Shown: piece by piece, positions 42,838 through 55,124 of the stretch
Position numbering within the stretch: position 1 is the stretch's first letter
Layout of the letters: every line of letters begins with the position of its first letter
NCBI GenBank assembly: GCA_002269645.1
Contig: NIVC01001402.1
Location: forward strand, 124,001 to 188,000
Reading direction: 5' to 3'
DNA from: Macrostomum lignano
Taxonomy: Eukaryota
Length of the DNA: 64,000 nt
Notes under the pieces: generated by a model
Databases searched by the model: none
The model's input: only the letters and a program-made list of their open reading frames with translations
What the model was told of the DNA's origin: nothing
Translations under genes and position numbers: made by a program

Positions 42838-44571
42838 TTCTTATTTAACAAAAATTTGCCCTGGATATTAAATAGTACATTTGAATCGCAAATAAACTGT
42901 ACACACCAGACAATAAAAAATAAAATGCTGAGCCGCTCTTTTTAGTCGGTTTTGCAGATAGATTTTCTGTTTCTTAGAACGTTTGGAGAGCGCGTGCTGG
43001 CTGCAATGTTGTTTAAAACAATTTATTATACAGAACGATCTATTTGTTGATGATTAATAGCAAAAAGCTTTTTTCTGTTTTGAAATAAGCAGTAATATGT
43101 TTTATTATTTATCTGTTTAGTAGCTTTATGAAGTAAAATATTAAAGTATTAAATATTAAATATTAAAAATATTAAATATTAAAGTAATTCCCGCGTGTTA
43201 TGTTGCATACATCCGCATACTAGACCCCCTTAATGCAGAAAAAAGAATGATTTATTCTTTATAGATATATACTCGTATTAGGTGATCGATTGGCTTAAAA
43301 ATATATGAAGGAAGCTGCGAATATGTAGCTCAAGTTTATACTTCATATTTACGAGCTATATTCTTAATAATGCATTTTTGTCAGATTAAAAGCATTTTTC
43401 CTTAGCATAAATTACACCAAAATTATTTCCTTACCTGTTTACGTGTAAGTACTATATTGCACGCATACCATATACTAGCTTACATGCAGCTAGCTGTACA
43501 TTTCTGCTAGTGGTCCTTGGTACATGAATCCATGCAGCAGACATAAATGTATAACATCTAGGCGTACGTGTAACGAGCGTAATGCGGGGGAGTGGGGGGA
43601 GGGGCAATGGCCCCCACGTTTGCTAGAAAATCCAATAAAGTGTTTAGCTGCATACATGTACATGTACTTGACAATGTAATGTACATGTACATGACTGGGA
43701 CACTGCATGCATAATGTTTGTCTTTATAGACTGATTTCGCAAGGTCTGCTGTGATCATATTTTGAAAACTGCTAGTCCGCTACACACCCAGGTAAGGCAT
43801 GTCACGAACGTAAATTGAAAATTAGCTACTGTGTACATGTAGGTAGGTCTGTGTCATGAATGTCAAAGAGTATATGATATATGGAATCAGTCATCGGGGG
43901 CAGAGAAAAAAGAAAAGATGCTGTAGTGTATGAGATATGGAGTCAGAAAAGTTCAAAACAGATTCGAAACGGCAGTGCTCTGCAATGAAGTCTCTGAAGA
44001 GATTGTGCTTCGCATTTTCAGCCCCACTTCTCTATCCGCGCTGCTCCTACTCTTCCCTTTGACTTCCGTCTCTCATTAGTTTAGGCTTCCATGCGTTACC
44101 AAAAAAGCTTCATCTCGCCTCCGTGATTTGCAGCCTTCCCTGCGCTTCACTCTCGCACTTGGGGCCACCATTTTCGACACGAATTGCCCACCGCTCCCGC
44201 CACTGTGAGGCAAGGCGGAGAGGCTTCCTGAACTTCCCCACACAGCCTCTGTCCTCTGCCTCCTCAGCGTCTCCATCTTTTCTTTCCCAGCTTCCACATC
44301 TCAAGTGCAGCTCCATCGATCGGACATAGTTAGTAAGGCGTACTTCCTCAGCCACCTCAGCCTATGCTGGCTCTCTGTCTCATATTTTCCTTTGTCCCGC
44401 TTCCCAATTCTTTCCTGTCCCTTACTTTCTACCGTCCTACTAGAACTCTACAAGGGCTCCACAACGTTTAATTTGCTCGTATGAATCAGCTATAGTTCAT
44501 CCTAGCCTAATTTTCCTGCATTTACAATGGCTCATTATTCCATTTCGATATCCCATTCTGCTAGGGGTTCC

Positions 44572-44944
44572 AGCTTTGTGAGAGATTTCCTGGATGGCTG
44601 AACATGATGAGCTCAGTGACTTTAAGCTTTGTGAGAGATTTCCTGGATGGCTGAACATGATGAGCTCAGTGACTTTAAGCTTTGTGAGAGATTTCCTGGA
44701 TGGCTGAACATGATGAGCTCAGTGACTTTAAGCTTTGTGAGAGATTTCCTGGATGGCTGAACATGATGAGCTCAGTGACTTTAAGCTTTGTGAGAGATTT
44801 CCTGGATGGCTGAACATGATGAGCTCAGTGACTTTAAGCTTTGTGAGAGATTTCCTGGATGGCTGAACATGATGAGCTCAGTGACTTTAAGCTTTGTGAG
44901 AGATTTCCTGGATGGCTGAACATGATGAGCTCAGTGACTTTAAG
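44572..44944. repeat. 53-bp minisatellite, 7 copies
   Basis: Period 44581 to 44634 = 53. Confidence 0.95.
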
Positions 44945-45409
44945 TAACAAAAATGCACCCAAAACACATGCACCAGCTTAGAAAAAAACATTGCTGAGCC
45001 CTGTCATCTGGACAGCGGATTAGGTGCATTATTTTAAAAATACGCCTTGACATCAAGAGCTGGGACTTGTCAGCTGTCGGGTCCACACAGAAGCTTAGCG
45101 CTTGCGACCGGCCCAAGAAACTCGCGCATCTCGTCCATCATCTTCCCCAAGCAGAGATTTCGGACCATCCAGGGTGCCTGTTGACAGGGACGGCTCAGAC
45201 TGAGACATCGAGCTCGCGCGCTCTCGGTCTGAGCAAACAGAGCCGCTATCGGATTGAGCAAACCCGGCTGCCGCGCATATTTGAGCTGCGCTCACCTGGA
45301 GATTGGGCCGCGTATTTCTGCACGGCTTTGCACTTTAGCTGGAGCAGGATTTGACGAGTTGGGCATCAGGCTGAGCAGCACTGCGACTTGGAGATGCGAT
45401 TTTTGCTTT

Positions 45410-45781
45410 GTGAAGCTGTGATCGGTGAAGCTGTGATCAGTGAAGCTGTGATCGGTGAAGCTGTGATCAGTGAAGCTGTGATCGGTGAAGCTGTAATCGG
45501 TGAAGCTGTGATCAGTGAAGCTGTGATCGGTGAAGCTGTGATCAGTGAAGCTGTGATCGGTGAAGCTGTGATCAGTGAAGCTGTGATCGGTGAAGCTGTG
45601 ATCGGTGAAGCTGTGATTGGTGAAGCTGTGATCAGTGAAGCTGTGATCGGTGAAGCTGTGATTGGTGAAGCTGTGATCGGTGAAGCTGTGATCGGTGAAG
45701 CTGTGATCGGTGAAGCTGTGATCGGTGAAGCTGTAATTGGTGAAGCTGTGATCAGTGAAGCTGTGATCGGTGAAGCTGTGC
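45410..45781. repeat. 15-bp minisatellite (GTGATCGGTGAAGCT), about 25 copies
   Basis: Visible tandem array. Confidence 0.95.
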
Positions 45782-46812
45782 AAAAACTTTATCGCCAATT
45801 AATTGGTTTCCACCTTGAGAAACTGAAACGAAGCCGCGTCTCACCTGTCCATTCTATTAGCCTTGTGCAGATTCAATAAAATCATTTGCAGTCAATAGAA
45901 ATCTCTAAAACTCCTCTTTTAATGCTCCAAAGTCAGATTTCATAATCCCGATTCATAATTTCAAATCAATTCAAAGCTTTAATCTTTAGTCATTGTCCCC
46001 CTTATTCTAATCCGTTAAATAAATAGTTCTAAACTCATAACCCTTATCAGTAATCCTCAATTTTGATAATCCTCTGTCCTAATTCATCACCCCCGAGAAT
46101 CCTCAATGCATAATTTTCGTGCTTGGTTCATTATTAAAATCCTGACATAAAACTTGCAGGTATTTCTTGTTTTGCGAGCGCGATTGCAGCAAGCAGTTGC
46201 CAGGCCAGGAAACTCCAGCTCCGTTTCCTGCTGCAATCAAATCGCTGAGTTTAAGGAAGCGTTCAGATGGGAGAGCCGAGGGGAACGCAGGAGATGCAAA
46301 ATTTATGAAAGCCAAGAAAACCCGTGTTGGCAGAATCTGAGCCTGGCAGTGGCTGGGGCTGCAGCGCTGCCAGGCAGATACTGGGAGAATTCGCATGGGG
46401 ATGAGCTCCCAAGCATGCACCCGAGCCATCCGTGACCTAAGATAGAGCCCCAGAATTCTTTCCGAAATTCGTTTCCAAGAAATTGAATCAGCAGCCGCCG
46501 TCTCCTCAGCTCGTGGGCTCGCATATCCGATGCAGCGCCCAGCAGCCCAGTATGCTAATTGAAGCTCGGGGCCTTCTTGAGACTCTCCGCTCTCTCCCCG
46601 CCCGCGCAGGCAGTGCCGAGAGCATCGCCTTTTTGGCTCCCGCGGCGACGGTTTGCACTTTATGGACTCCGAGGCCCTGAGAATTCCCGCGGCCTGCGAG
46701 CTCAGCCAGGATATTCCCGCGGTGGGGCTGAGGGTCCTCGCGGAAAATCAACTGCGTGTGCGGAGGCGAGAAAGGGGGCTGCGCTGCCCGCGCCATTTCC
46801 GGCAGTCCCGAA

Positions 46813-46872
46813 TGCGCCAGTCATAATAGCGCCAGTCATAATAGCGCCAGTCATAATAGCGCCAGTCATAAT
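46813..46872. repeat. 15-bp repeat (GCGCCAGTCATAATA), 4 copies
   Basis: Visible tandem array. Confidence 0.85.
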
Positions 46873-47290
46873 TGAGCCACGACTGCCTCTGTTATTCCAC
46901 AAAAACTGCTGAGCTCAGTGCCGAGCGGGGGTGGGGCAGCATGAGCACGCGAGTGGCAGAGATGGCGAATGGAGTGAGATGTTTATCAATTATCAGGTGA
47001 CAGAGAGAGCAGGGGCAGGGGATCAGGTGTGGAATTCTGAGATCGCAAATTAGTGCGGGCCTCGAATACGAGGCTTTTTCGATTCGAGAGACCTTGTTCA
47101 GGCAATTAAATAGCCTTCGGTGTAGTGCCTCTGTAGTGTAATGGGGAAGGAGATGGATGGAGAGTTGGGGAAGAGAGTGAAGGGAATGCTGGACAGGATA
47201 AATGAGAGAGTAGAGAAGAGACGTGGGAGGAGAGGGGAGAGGAGGGTGTCAGTGAAGAAGAACCTGAAAAATTAGTTGTCAAGCCTCAGC

Positions 47291-47920
47291 TCACAGCTTG
47301 GAGCTGCATCCCAGCTGTCTAGATACCACCCCAGTCTCACAGCTTGGAGCTGCATCCCAGCTGTCTAGAGACCACCCCAGTCTCACAGCTTGGAGCTGCA
47401 TCCCAGCTGTCTAGATACCACCCCAGTCTCACAGCTTGGAGCTGCATCCCAGCTGTCTAGAGACCACCCCAGTCTCACAGCTTGGAGCTGCATCCCAGCT
47501 GTCTAGAGACCAACCCAGTCTCACAGCTTGGAGTTGCATCCCAGCTGTCTAGAGACCACCCCAGTCTCACAGCTTGGAGCTGCATCCCAGCTGTCTAGAT
47601 ACCACCCCAGTCTCACAGTTTGGAGTTGCATCCCAGCTGTCTAGAGACCACCCCAGTCTCACAGCTTGGAGTTGTATCCCAGCTGTCTAGAGACCACCCC
47701 AGTCTCACAGCTTGGAGTTGTATCCCAGCTGTCTAGAGACCACCCCAGTCTCACAGCTTGGAGTTGTATCCCAGCTGTCTAGAGACCACCCCAGTCTCAC
47801 AGCTTGGAGCTGCATCCCAGCTGTCTAGAGACCACCCCAGTCTCACAGCTTGGAGTTGTATCCCAGCTGTCTAGAGACCACCCCAGTCTCACAGCTTGGA
47901 GTTGCATCCCAGCTGTCTAA
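47291..47920. repeat. 46-bp minisatellite, about 14 copies
   Basis: Period 47291 to 47337 = 46. Confidence 0.95.
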
Positions 47921-48367
47921 GCCGCTTGGAGCTGCTCAGCCGCTTGGGGATTCGGTGAGAACATCAAAGTTCATGTCAAGCAAGCTCTCAGGCAGAGCAA
48001 GCCAGCCCCCCCCCCCCCGGTCAGCAGCCAATGGCGGCAGGCTGCAAACTTTAGCTCCGTGAGGGGCAGCTGGTGTTGGCAGACGCAAGAGAGACGCGAG
48101 ATGGGAGTTGGGATCGGGGCAGAGGGAGGCAGAGTGGGAAGAAGGGGAGGCCTGCATAAAGCCCCGTGCTGGGAGCGGCGTTGGTTTTGCGACCTCTCTA
48201 GGGCTTGGTTGGCTTGTACGAAACAAGTCCACAGCTGCTGCTGGCCTTTGGCGGACTTTGGCACAACAGGAGACTCCTTCAGCAGCTGCAACTCGGCCTT
48301 CAATGTAAGTTTTCCCCGTATCTGCAATGCTTAGAGTGGAATCTCTACGACTCAAGATTTGTTGGTG

Positions 48368-48750
48368 CTAGCCTGTGGGATGCGAGTGACGCATTGGTCC
48401 CTCACTCACCCTAGCCTGTGGGAGGCGAGTGACGCATTGGTCCCTCACTCACCCTAAGCCTGTGGGAGGCGAGTGACGCATTGGTCCCTCACTCACCCTA
48501 GCCTGTGGGAGGCGAGTGACGCATTGGTCCCTCACTCACCCTAGCCTGTGGGAGGCGAGTGACGCATTGGTCCCTCACTCACCATAGCCTGTGGGAGAAG
48601 AGTGACGCATTGGCCCCTCACTCTCCATAGCCTAAGGGAAGCGAGTGACGCATTGGCCCCTCACTCTCCCTAGCCTGTGGGAGGCGAGTGACGCATTGGC
48701 CCCTCACTCTCCCTAGCCTGTGGGAGGCGAGTGACGCATTGGTCCCTCAC
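48368..48750. repeat. 43-bp minisatellite (CTAGCCTGTGGGAGGCGAGTGACGCATTGGTCCCTCACTCACC), about 9 copies
   Basis: Period 48411 to 48454 = 43. Confidence 0.93.
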
Positions 48751-49530
48751 TCTCTCAGGCCAGCAGGCTATGACTGAATCGCATTGGCCCTCACTCTCTC
48801 AGGCCAGCAGGCTATGACTGAATCGCATTGGCCCTCACTCTCTCAGGCCAGCAGGCTATGACTGAATCGCATTGGCCCTCACTCTCTCAGGCCAGCAGGC
48901 TATGACTGAATCGCATTGGCCCTCACTCTCTCAGGCCAGCAGGCTATGACTGAATCGCATTGGCCCTCACTCTCTCAGGCCAGCAGGCTATGACTGAATC
49001 GCATTGGCCCTCACTCTCTCAGGCCAGCAGGCTATGACTGAATCGCATTGGCCCTCACTCTCTCAGGCCAGCAGGCTATGACTGAATCGCATTGGCCCTC
49101 ACTCTCTCAGGCCAGCAGGCTATGACTGAATCGCATTGGCCCTCACTCTCTCAGGCCAGCAGGCTATGACTGAATCGCATTGGCCCTCACTCTCTCAGGC
49201 CAGCAGGCTATGACTGAATCGCATTGGCCCTCACTCTCTCAGGCCAGCAGGCTATGACTGAATCGCATTGGCCCTCACTCTCTCAGGCCAGCAGGCTATG
49301 ACTGAATCGCATTGGCCCTCACTCTCTCAGGCCAGCAGGCTATGACTGAATCGCATTGGCCCTCACTCTCTCAGGCCAGCAGGCTATGACTGAATCGCAT
49401 TGGCCCTCACTCTCTCAGGCCAGCAGGCTATGACTGAATCGCATTGGCCCTCACTCTCTCAGGCCAGCAGGCTATGACTGAATCGCATTGGCCCTCACTC
49501 TCTCAGGCCAGCAGGCTATGACTGAATCGC
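48745..49530. repeat. 44-bp minisatellite (TGACTGAATCGCATTGGCCCTCACTCTCTCAGGCCAGCAGGCTA), 18 nearly perfect copies
   Basis: CAG ends at 48758 + 44n, up to 49506. Confidence 0.96.
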
Positions 49531-50085
49531 CTTTGCACTCGCCCGCTGTCCCAGCTGGCGTCTCCGTCGGTCCCATCGGCAGCAAAGCTGAGATGAATAA
49601 TTCATTTTGTCCCTCAGTGCAAAATCGATTCGAGGGTTGCCCGAGCTGTCCAACAGTCAAAAGCACCGAAGCCCGCTTAAAATGCGTCCAAAGGCCGAAA
49701 AAGCTGCGCTCACAGATAAATCAAAGGCCCGCAGATAATGGAAAACGGAGGCGGGCGAGGGCAGTCGAATTGCTTTTAGGCCCATTAACTGCCTTCCCAC
49801 CAGCCTCCGAGCTTCATCTCCCCCTGTCTGCCCCAGCGCCAATCAAGCCTGAAATGCGCTTTGAGTTCCCCAGGAGCCCCGCCTCCACAGCACCATCAAG
49901 TTCGGGGGATTCTGAGTGGAGACTGCATGGAGATTCCCCACGGCTGGATGGAAATGAGATTGCGGTGATCTACTATCCGAACTTTGCCCACTCGAATTCC
50001 GTTAAGGCATTTCGCACAATACAGAACTGTGAATCGTTCACTTTCTGCAACTCCTTCCTTAGCTACTTGTCTACCTCTCCCTATC

Positions 50086-50484
50086 AGTTATCGCCTAGTC
50101 ATTGCTAGCTCCTGCAAGTGCTCCAGTGCCTCCCCAACCTCAGTTATCGCATAGTCATTGCTAACTCCTGCAAGTGCTCCAGTGCCTCCCCAACCTCAGT
50201 TATCGCATAGTCATTGCTAACTCCTGCAAGTGCTCCAGTGCCTCCTCAACCTAAGTTATCGCATAGTCATTGCTAACTCCTGCAAGTGCTCCAGTGCCTC
50301 CCCAACCTAAGTTATCGCATAGTCATTGTTAACTCCTGCAAGTGCTCCAGTGCCTCCCCAACCTCAGTTATCGCATAGTCATTGCTAACTCCTGCAAGTG
50401 CTCCAGTGCCTCCCCAACCTAAGTTATCGCATAGTCATTGCTAACTCCTGCAAGTGCTCCAGTGCCTCCTCAACCTCAGTTACC
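50086..50484. repeat. 56-bp minisatellite, about 7 copies
   Basis: Period 50101 to 50157 = 56. Confidence 0.93.
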
Positions 50485-52219
50485 GCATCGCACGCCGGCA
50501 GTTTTTTTAGCCTCCCTGCCGGCCCATGGAAACGCGGGCTCCCCGCCAGCTCCCAAGCTCTCAGGCCCACTGAAAAGGCAGCTCAGCCTTCCGCTCCCGG
50601 ATTGAAACTCCTCACACTTTCAGCTACCGGTCTGGCTGGCTGCAATAATCAATACGGACGGCAGTTCAGGATGCACTTTAGTAAAGAGAGCGTCAGAGTT
50701 TAGCAGTGGCTGGAAAAATTGCTGTCACGAGTTCTTTTGCACTCCTAATTTTAGCCAGCAACTGGAGCAGTAGTGAATCTTGACCATAGTCACCGAAACC
50801 CCGTCTTTTCTCAAGCACTGCTAATCATTTTCCTCCTTCATTGCGTCTCTCTCTCTTTTTAACCAAGTTTCCCCTGCTTATCTAGATCTATTGGATCGAT
50901 TCAGCGGCATCGATTCAGCCCCATCATTCCCACCAGCCTCCTGGTAGCGCGGAGCTGGAAGAAAAAATGTATTTAACGCGGGGGCGGCTGGGGCGCCTCT
51001 CAGTGGTGGAGGGGATCCCAGCGGCTGTCCCCGCTGCTGGGACAGGAAGGCTGAGCACAGGGAGAGGAAGGGGCAGAGGCGCGTCATGTCAGGACAATCC
51101 CGGCTACCAGGCCGACCTCAGCGATCCCAGGGGGTGGCTGCCGCTGCCCCTCCCCCCCGCCCCATCGGCCAGGCAGGAGCCGCTCGCCTTCAGGCCCGGC
51201 CGACCTTCGAGAGCTCCTGGGAAATTTCCAATTCGGAGCCGCCAGCGAAGCCGGATGGGGAAACAGGGGGAGGGGAAGTGCGGGGGAGAGGGGAGTAAGT
51301 GCCCCCCGCAGTGTTTTAATGGGAGATGGAGAGTGCGGGTGCGGCACCAGACAGCATGGGAGTCTGGGCTCCTCACCCAGCTGACAGGCCAGATGTCATG
51401 TGGCAGGAAAGTGCACTGGCTAAAAGTCGGACTGGAATGGGATGGAAACGGGAGATTGCAGCAATTTAATCTCTATCTGCTAATCCCTGCAGCCAGCCGA
51501 TAATCCTCTCGGTGGGGGAGTGAGTCCTCGATGGCAGAACTGGCGGAGCAAATCCCAATCTGGACTAATCCTGAGCACTCCAGCAATCTCCCATTCGAGT
51601 GCGGATCGGAGCGACCTTCCAGCTGCCCAGGGCAATTATCCTACCTGCCAACCGCAACTTCATCAGTTTTATTGCGAGGAACTTTGGCAACCGCTGATAA
51701 AAATTCTAACAAAAATAATTGAGCTGGAGGAATTCTGCTTGACGCTGCCAGTTTGATGCAGAGCAGTGGGAAGCTCACGGAGGCAGCTGATAGGGGATTT
51801 ACTTAGGGAGATGGCAATTGGGAATGATTTTCCGCCAACAGTACCTGAGCTGGTCAGGATAGACTTGCAGTCCAGCAGGACGGGCACCTGGGCTCATCAA
51901 TTATTTGCTATCGGACTCAGCTCTGCTTCCATCAGCTTCTCCTTCCGTTTTCTCCCCCCACCCTTCACTGGGCAGTTGGTCCGGCCTGCCGGTGCCTGAG
52001 TAGCCTGGCCGCTCACAAGCTTGCACTTTCTGCCCCACGGCTCATCCCCTGAGTAGCTCGGTGCGTGACGTAGGCCGCGGCTAGAGCGCCTGAAACAGGC
52101 GGTCGGGGGGGGGTTCCTCGGAGTTCTCGGATAAGTGCTGGAATCCCGAAAGCTTTCAGTCCTGGAGACCCGGCGTCGAGCTTTATTGCTCTTTCATTTT
52201 TGAATCGAATGACTGCGTT

Positions 52220-52522
52220 TAACTGAAGTACTTGCATAGGACTATGGGTGTAACTGAAGTACCTGCAGAGGACTATGGGATTAACTGAAGTACCTGCAGA
52301 GGACTATGGGAGTAACTGAAGTACCTGCAGAGGACTATGGGATTAACTGAAGTACCTGCAGAGGACTATGGGAGTAACTGAAGTACTTGCATAGGACTAT
52401 GGGAGTAACTGAAGTACTTGCATAGGACTATGGGAGTAACTGAAGTACTTGCATAGGACTATGGGATTAACTGAAGTACTTGCATAGGACTATGGGATTA
52501 ACTGAAGTACCTGCAGAGGACT
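52220..52522. repeat. 31-bp minisatellite (AACTGAAGTACCTGCAGAGGACTATGGGAGT), about 10 copies
   Basis: Period 52221 to 52252 = 31. Confidence 0.93.
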
Positions 52523-52757
52523 TGCAGTGCATGTGAGGGGAACTCAGGGGCCATATCAGCTGGTCTCCTCGCTGGCTGCGTGACGGGCTTGGGCGTTGAT
52601 TTGCGGCAGAGCAAACTGCAAATTGTTAACCACGAGCACGCACGCAATCCTCAATCCAATCTTCAATCCGCAATCCTAGCGGTCTCGTAACTGCAGACTA
52701 ACTACGAGCGCTGTAAACCCAACCGCCCGCAGTTCAACAACAGCGGACTTCGCCCCC

Positions 52758-53483
52758 ATGCCGGAGCAAAGCAACGACTACCGAGTGGCTGTCTTCGGCT
52801 CCGCCGGCGTCGGCAAGTCCTCGCTGGTGCAGCGCTTCATCAAGGGCACCTTCAAAGAGGCCTACACGCCCACCGTTGAGGACACGTATCGGCAGGTCAT
52901 CACCAATGACAAGCAGGTGTGCACGTTGCAGATCACGGACACAACTGGATCGCACCAATTCCCAGCAATGATGCGGCTCAGCATGAGCAAAGGCCACGCC
53001 TTCATCCTGGTGTACTCAGTGACCTCGCGGTCCAGCCTGGTCGAGCTAAACACTATTGTGAACGAGATCAAGGAGATCAAGGGCCCGGATATCGCTAAGA
53101 TCCCCATGATGCTCGTAGCCAACAAGTGCGACGAGGCGGCCAGGGAGGTCGGCAAGGAGACGGGGGCCGCCATCGCCAACAAGTGGGGCTGCGGCTTCAT
53201 CGAGACTTCCGCAAAGGAGAACGTGAATGTCACGGAGCTGTTCGCCCAGCTGCTGCAGATGGACAAGGAGCGCAACATGGCGCTGGTTGGAGACAAGAAG
53301 AAGAAGGGCAAGGCGGACAAGAAGGCGGAGAAGGCGGACAAGAAGGCGGAGAAAGCAGACAAGACAGACAAAACGGACAAGACGGACAAGGCGGGAACCT
53401 CCGGCGCGAGTGCAGGCGCATCAGGAGCGGCGGGTGCGGAAGCTGCCGAAGGTGCAGCGGGGAAGAAGTGCGGCCTGATGTAG
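52758..53483 (+). CDS. DIRAS: DIRAS-family (Di-Ras1/2) small GTPase, intronless, 241 aa, C-terminal CAAX (CGLM)
   Basis: [68 protein letters not shown] and ETSAK are the characteristic DIRAS1/2 sequence. Confidence 0.95.
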   Translation: MPEQSNDYRVAVFGSAGVGKSSLVQRFIKGTFKEAYTPTVEDTYRQVITNDKQVCTLQITDTTGSHQFPAMMRLSMSKGHAFILVYSVTSRSSLVELNTIVNEIKEIKGPDIAKIPMMLVANKCDEAAREVGKETGAAIANKWGCGFIETSAKENVNVTELFAQLLQMDKERNMALVGDKKKKGKADKKAEKADKKAEKADKTDKTDKTDKAGTSGASAGASGAAGAEAAEGAAGKKCGLM

Positions 53484-55124
53484 CGGGCCCGACTGCACCT
53501 GCGATTGCATTGCCTCGCATGCTGACTACTGTCCATATTAGCTCACATTCTGTTCTGCCCCGAATTCCGACTGGGACTGCCAAGCGCTAAGCTTCTGAGG
53601 GCAATCCGTTCATCAGTTAAATTTTCATTTGATTTCTCAGCTCTGAAGTTGGCCATGGGTGCAGCACCGTGAGCTCACAGGAGCCGGTGCGTGAAGCTCG
53701 TCCCTCCCCTCAGTGGAAAGCAACTCGAGAAAGCGGATGAAGCGGCCCTGTGCAGTGCAGTGCTATCCAATTACATCGATTCACCTCCCTGCGCTATCGA
53801 TCATAGGTAGGAAAAGTAAGTCCTCCGTGTCTAATGAGCAGCCCAAGCTGAACAGATCGGTAAGACAGGACAGCCTGACAGTAACTTAATCCCTTCTAGT
53901 TCTATTCCCATATCTATGCCATGGTCCACGCGCCACGTGCAAAATTTTACCAGCTGCCCCAGCTGTTCCGGCTGCCCCGCGAAACCCCCCCCCCTCCTTA
54001 GCTCGGCCTGAAACCTGCTGATGTACAGAACTCTCCTATCCGACTTATGGTTTAATTTTTAAATACAACGACTCAGATGTTTATTGGCTGGCGAAGATTA
54101 TTTTCAAAAATATTCTGCTTGTATTTTCGGTGGGACGAAAACTGGATAATTTGCCTGCACAGACCCCATCTACTCTCAGCTGTGGCACCGCTGGAGAAAG
54201 TCCAGGATATGAAATTCGGCAAAGCTGAGCGCTCGGCTCACGTTTTTTGTTCCAGTTTAATTTACAGCCGAACATGGTCGAGGCTTTCTGAGCCGGAGGG
54301 CGGTCAGCGATGGGCCGAGCAGGGGATTAAAAGTACAGGCTGGACCGGGGCAGGGGGGAGGCTGCCGGCCCGTTGCTCCCCGCTGCTGCTCGGGGCCTCG
54401 GGAATTCCGCAGCCTCTGGGCGGCGCCCCAAAACTGATTGAGGCGGCCGCCACTCGGCCAAGATTGATGGCCGGGGCGGAGAAGCGCTCAGGCCTGCTCT
54501 GAGAGCCGCTGCTGCCCGCCTGAGCTGGGATTGATGGCCGGAGTGGATGAGCAGCTGATCCGACTGGGTGATGCGCGGCTTGTTGGGAACCAACAGGCTG
54601 GACCGAAGGAGCGCATGGGAACAGTGCAGCCCTAGCACCTGATTGATTTTTTTTAAAGGAATTCTTTGATTGTTCTGTTGATTTCGACTTAAAATACGTT
54701 TCCTGCTACTAACGGAAAAAATGCCTACAAATTTACAAATTAAAATATAACTTTAATTTTTTAATTAAGATTGGGAGGCGTTGCGCGATAATTAATTTAC
54801 TCGATATCTGACAGAGTTAGAAATCCTATTGAGAGGAAGAGAGATCGATAGAAGCTGCTTGGCGCTGCTGCAAACAAACTAATTTGAGTCAAATGACTCG
54901 CCTGAAAGCAAGTGGCGAATTCCCACGCGAGCCACGTGGCCACTCGGACTGAGGCAGCGCAGCTCATTTGTCTGCCAATCTGCCTGTTTGGGTTGCCCTG
55001 CCTGCCAAACCCGCCACACTGCCGCCCCGTTCACGGGGAGGGGGCAGATAAGCACTCGCTGCATTTGGAGGTCTTAAGTAAGACAAGACGGGGCTCGGTG
55101 CAATAGAGAGGCCCCTGCTCAGAA

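Noticed and set aside
45070-48355. Possible multi-exon minus-strand gene (fragments at 45070-45420, 46103-46430, 47936-48355)
   Set aside because: Splice-like signals exist but I could not assemble a frame-consistent protein or recognise a domain.
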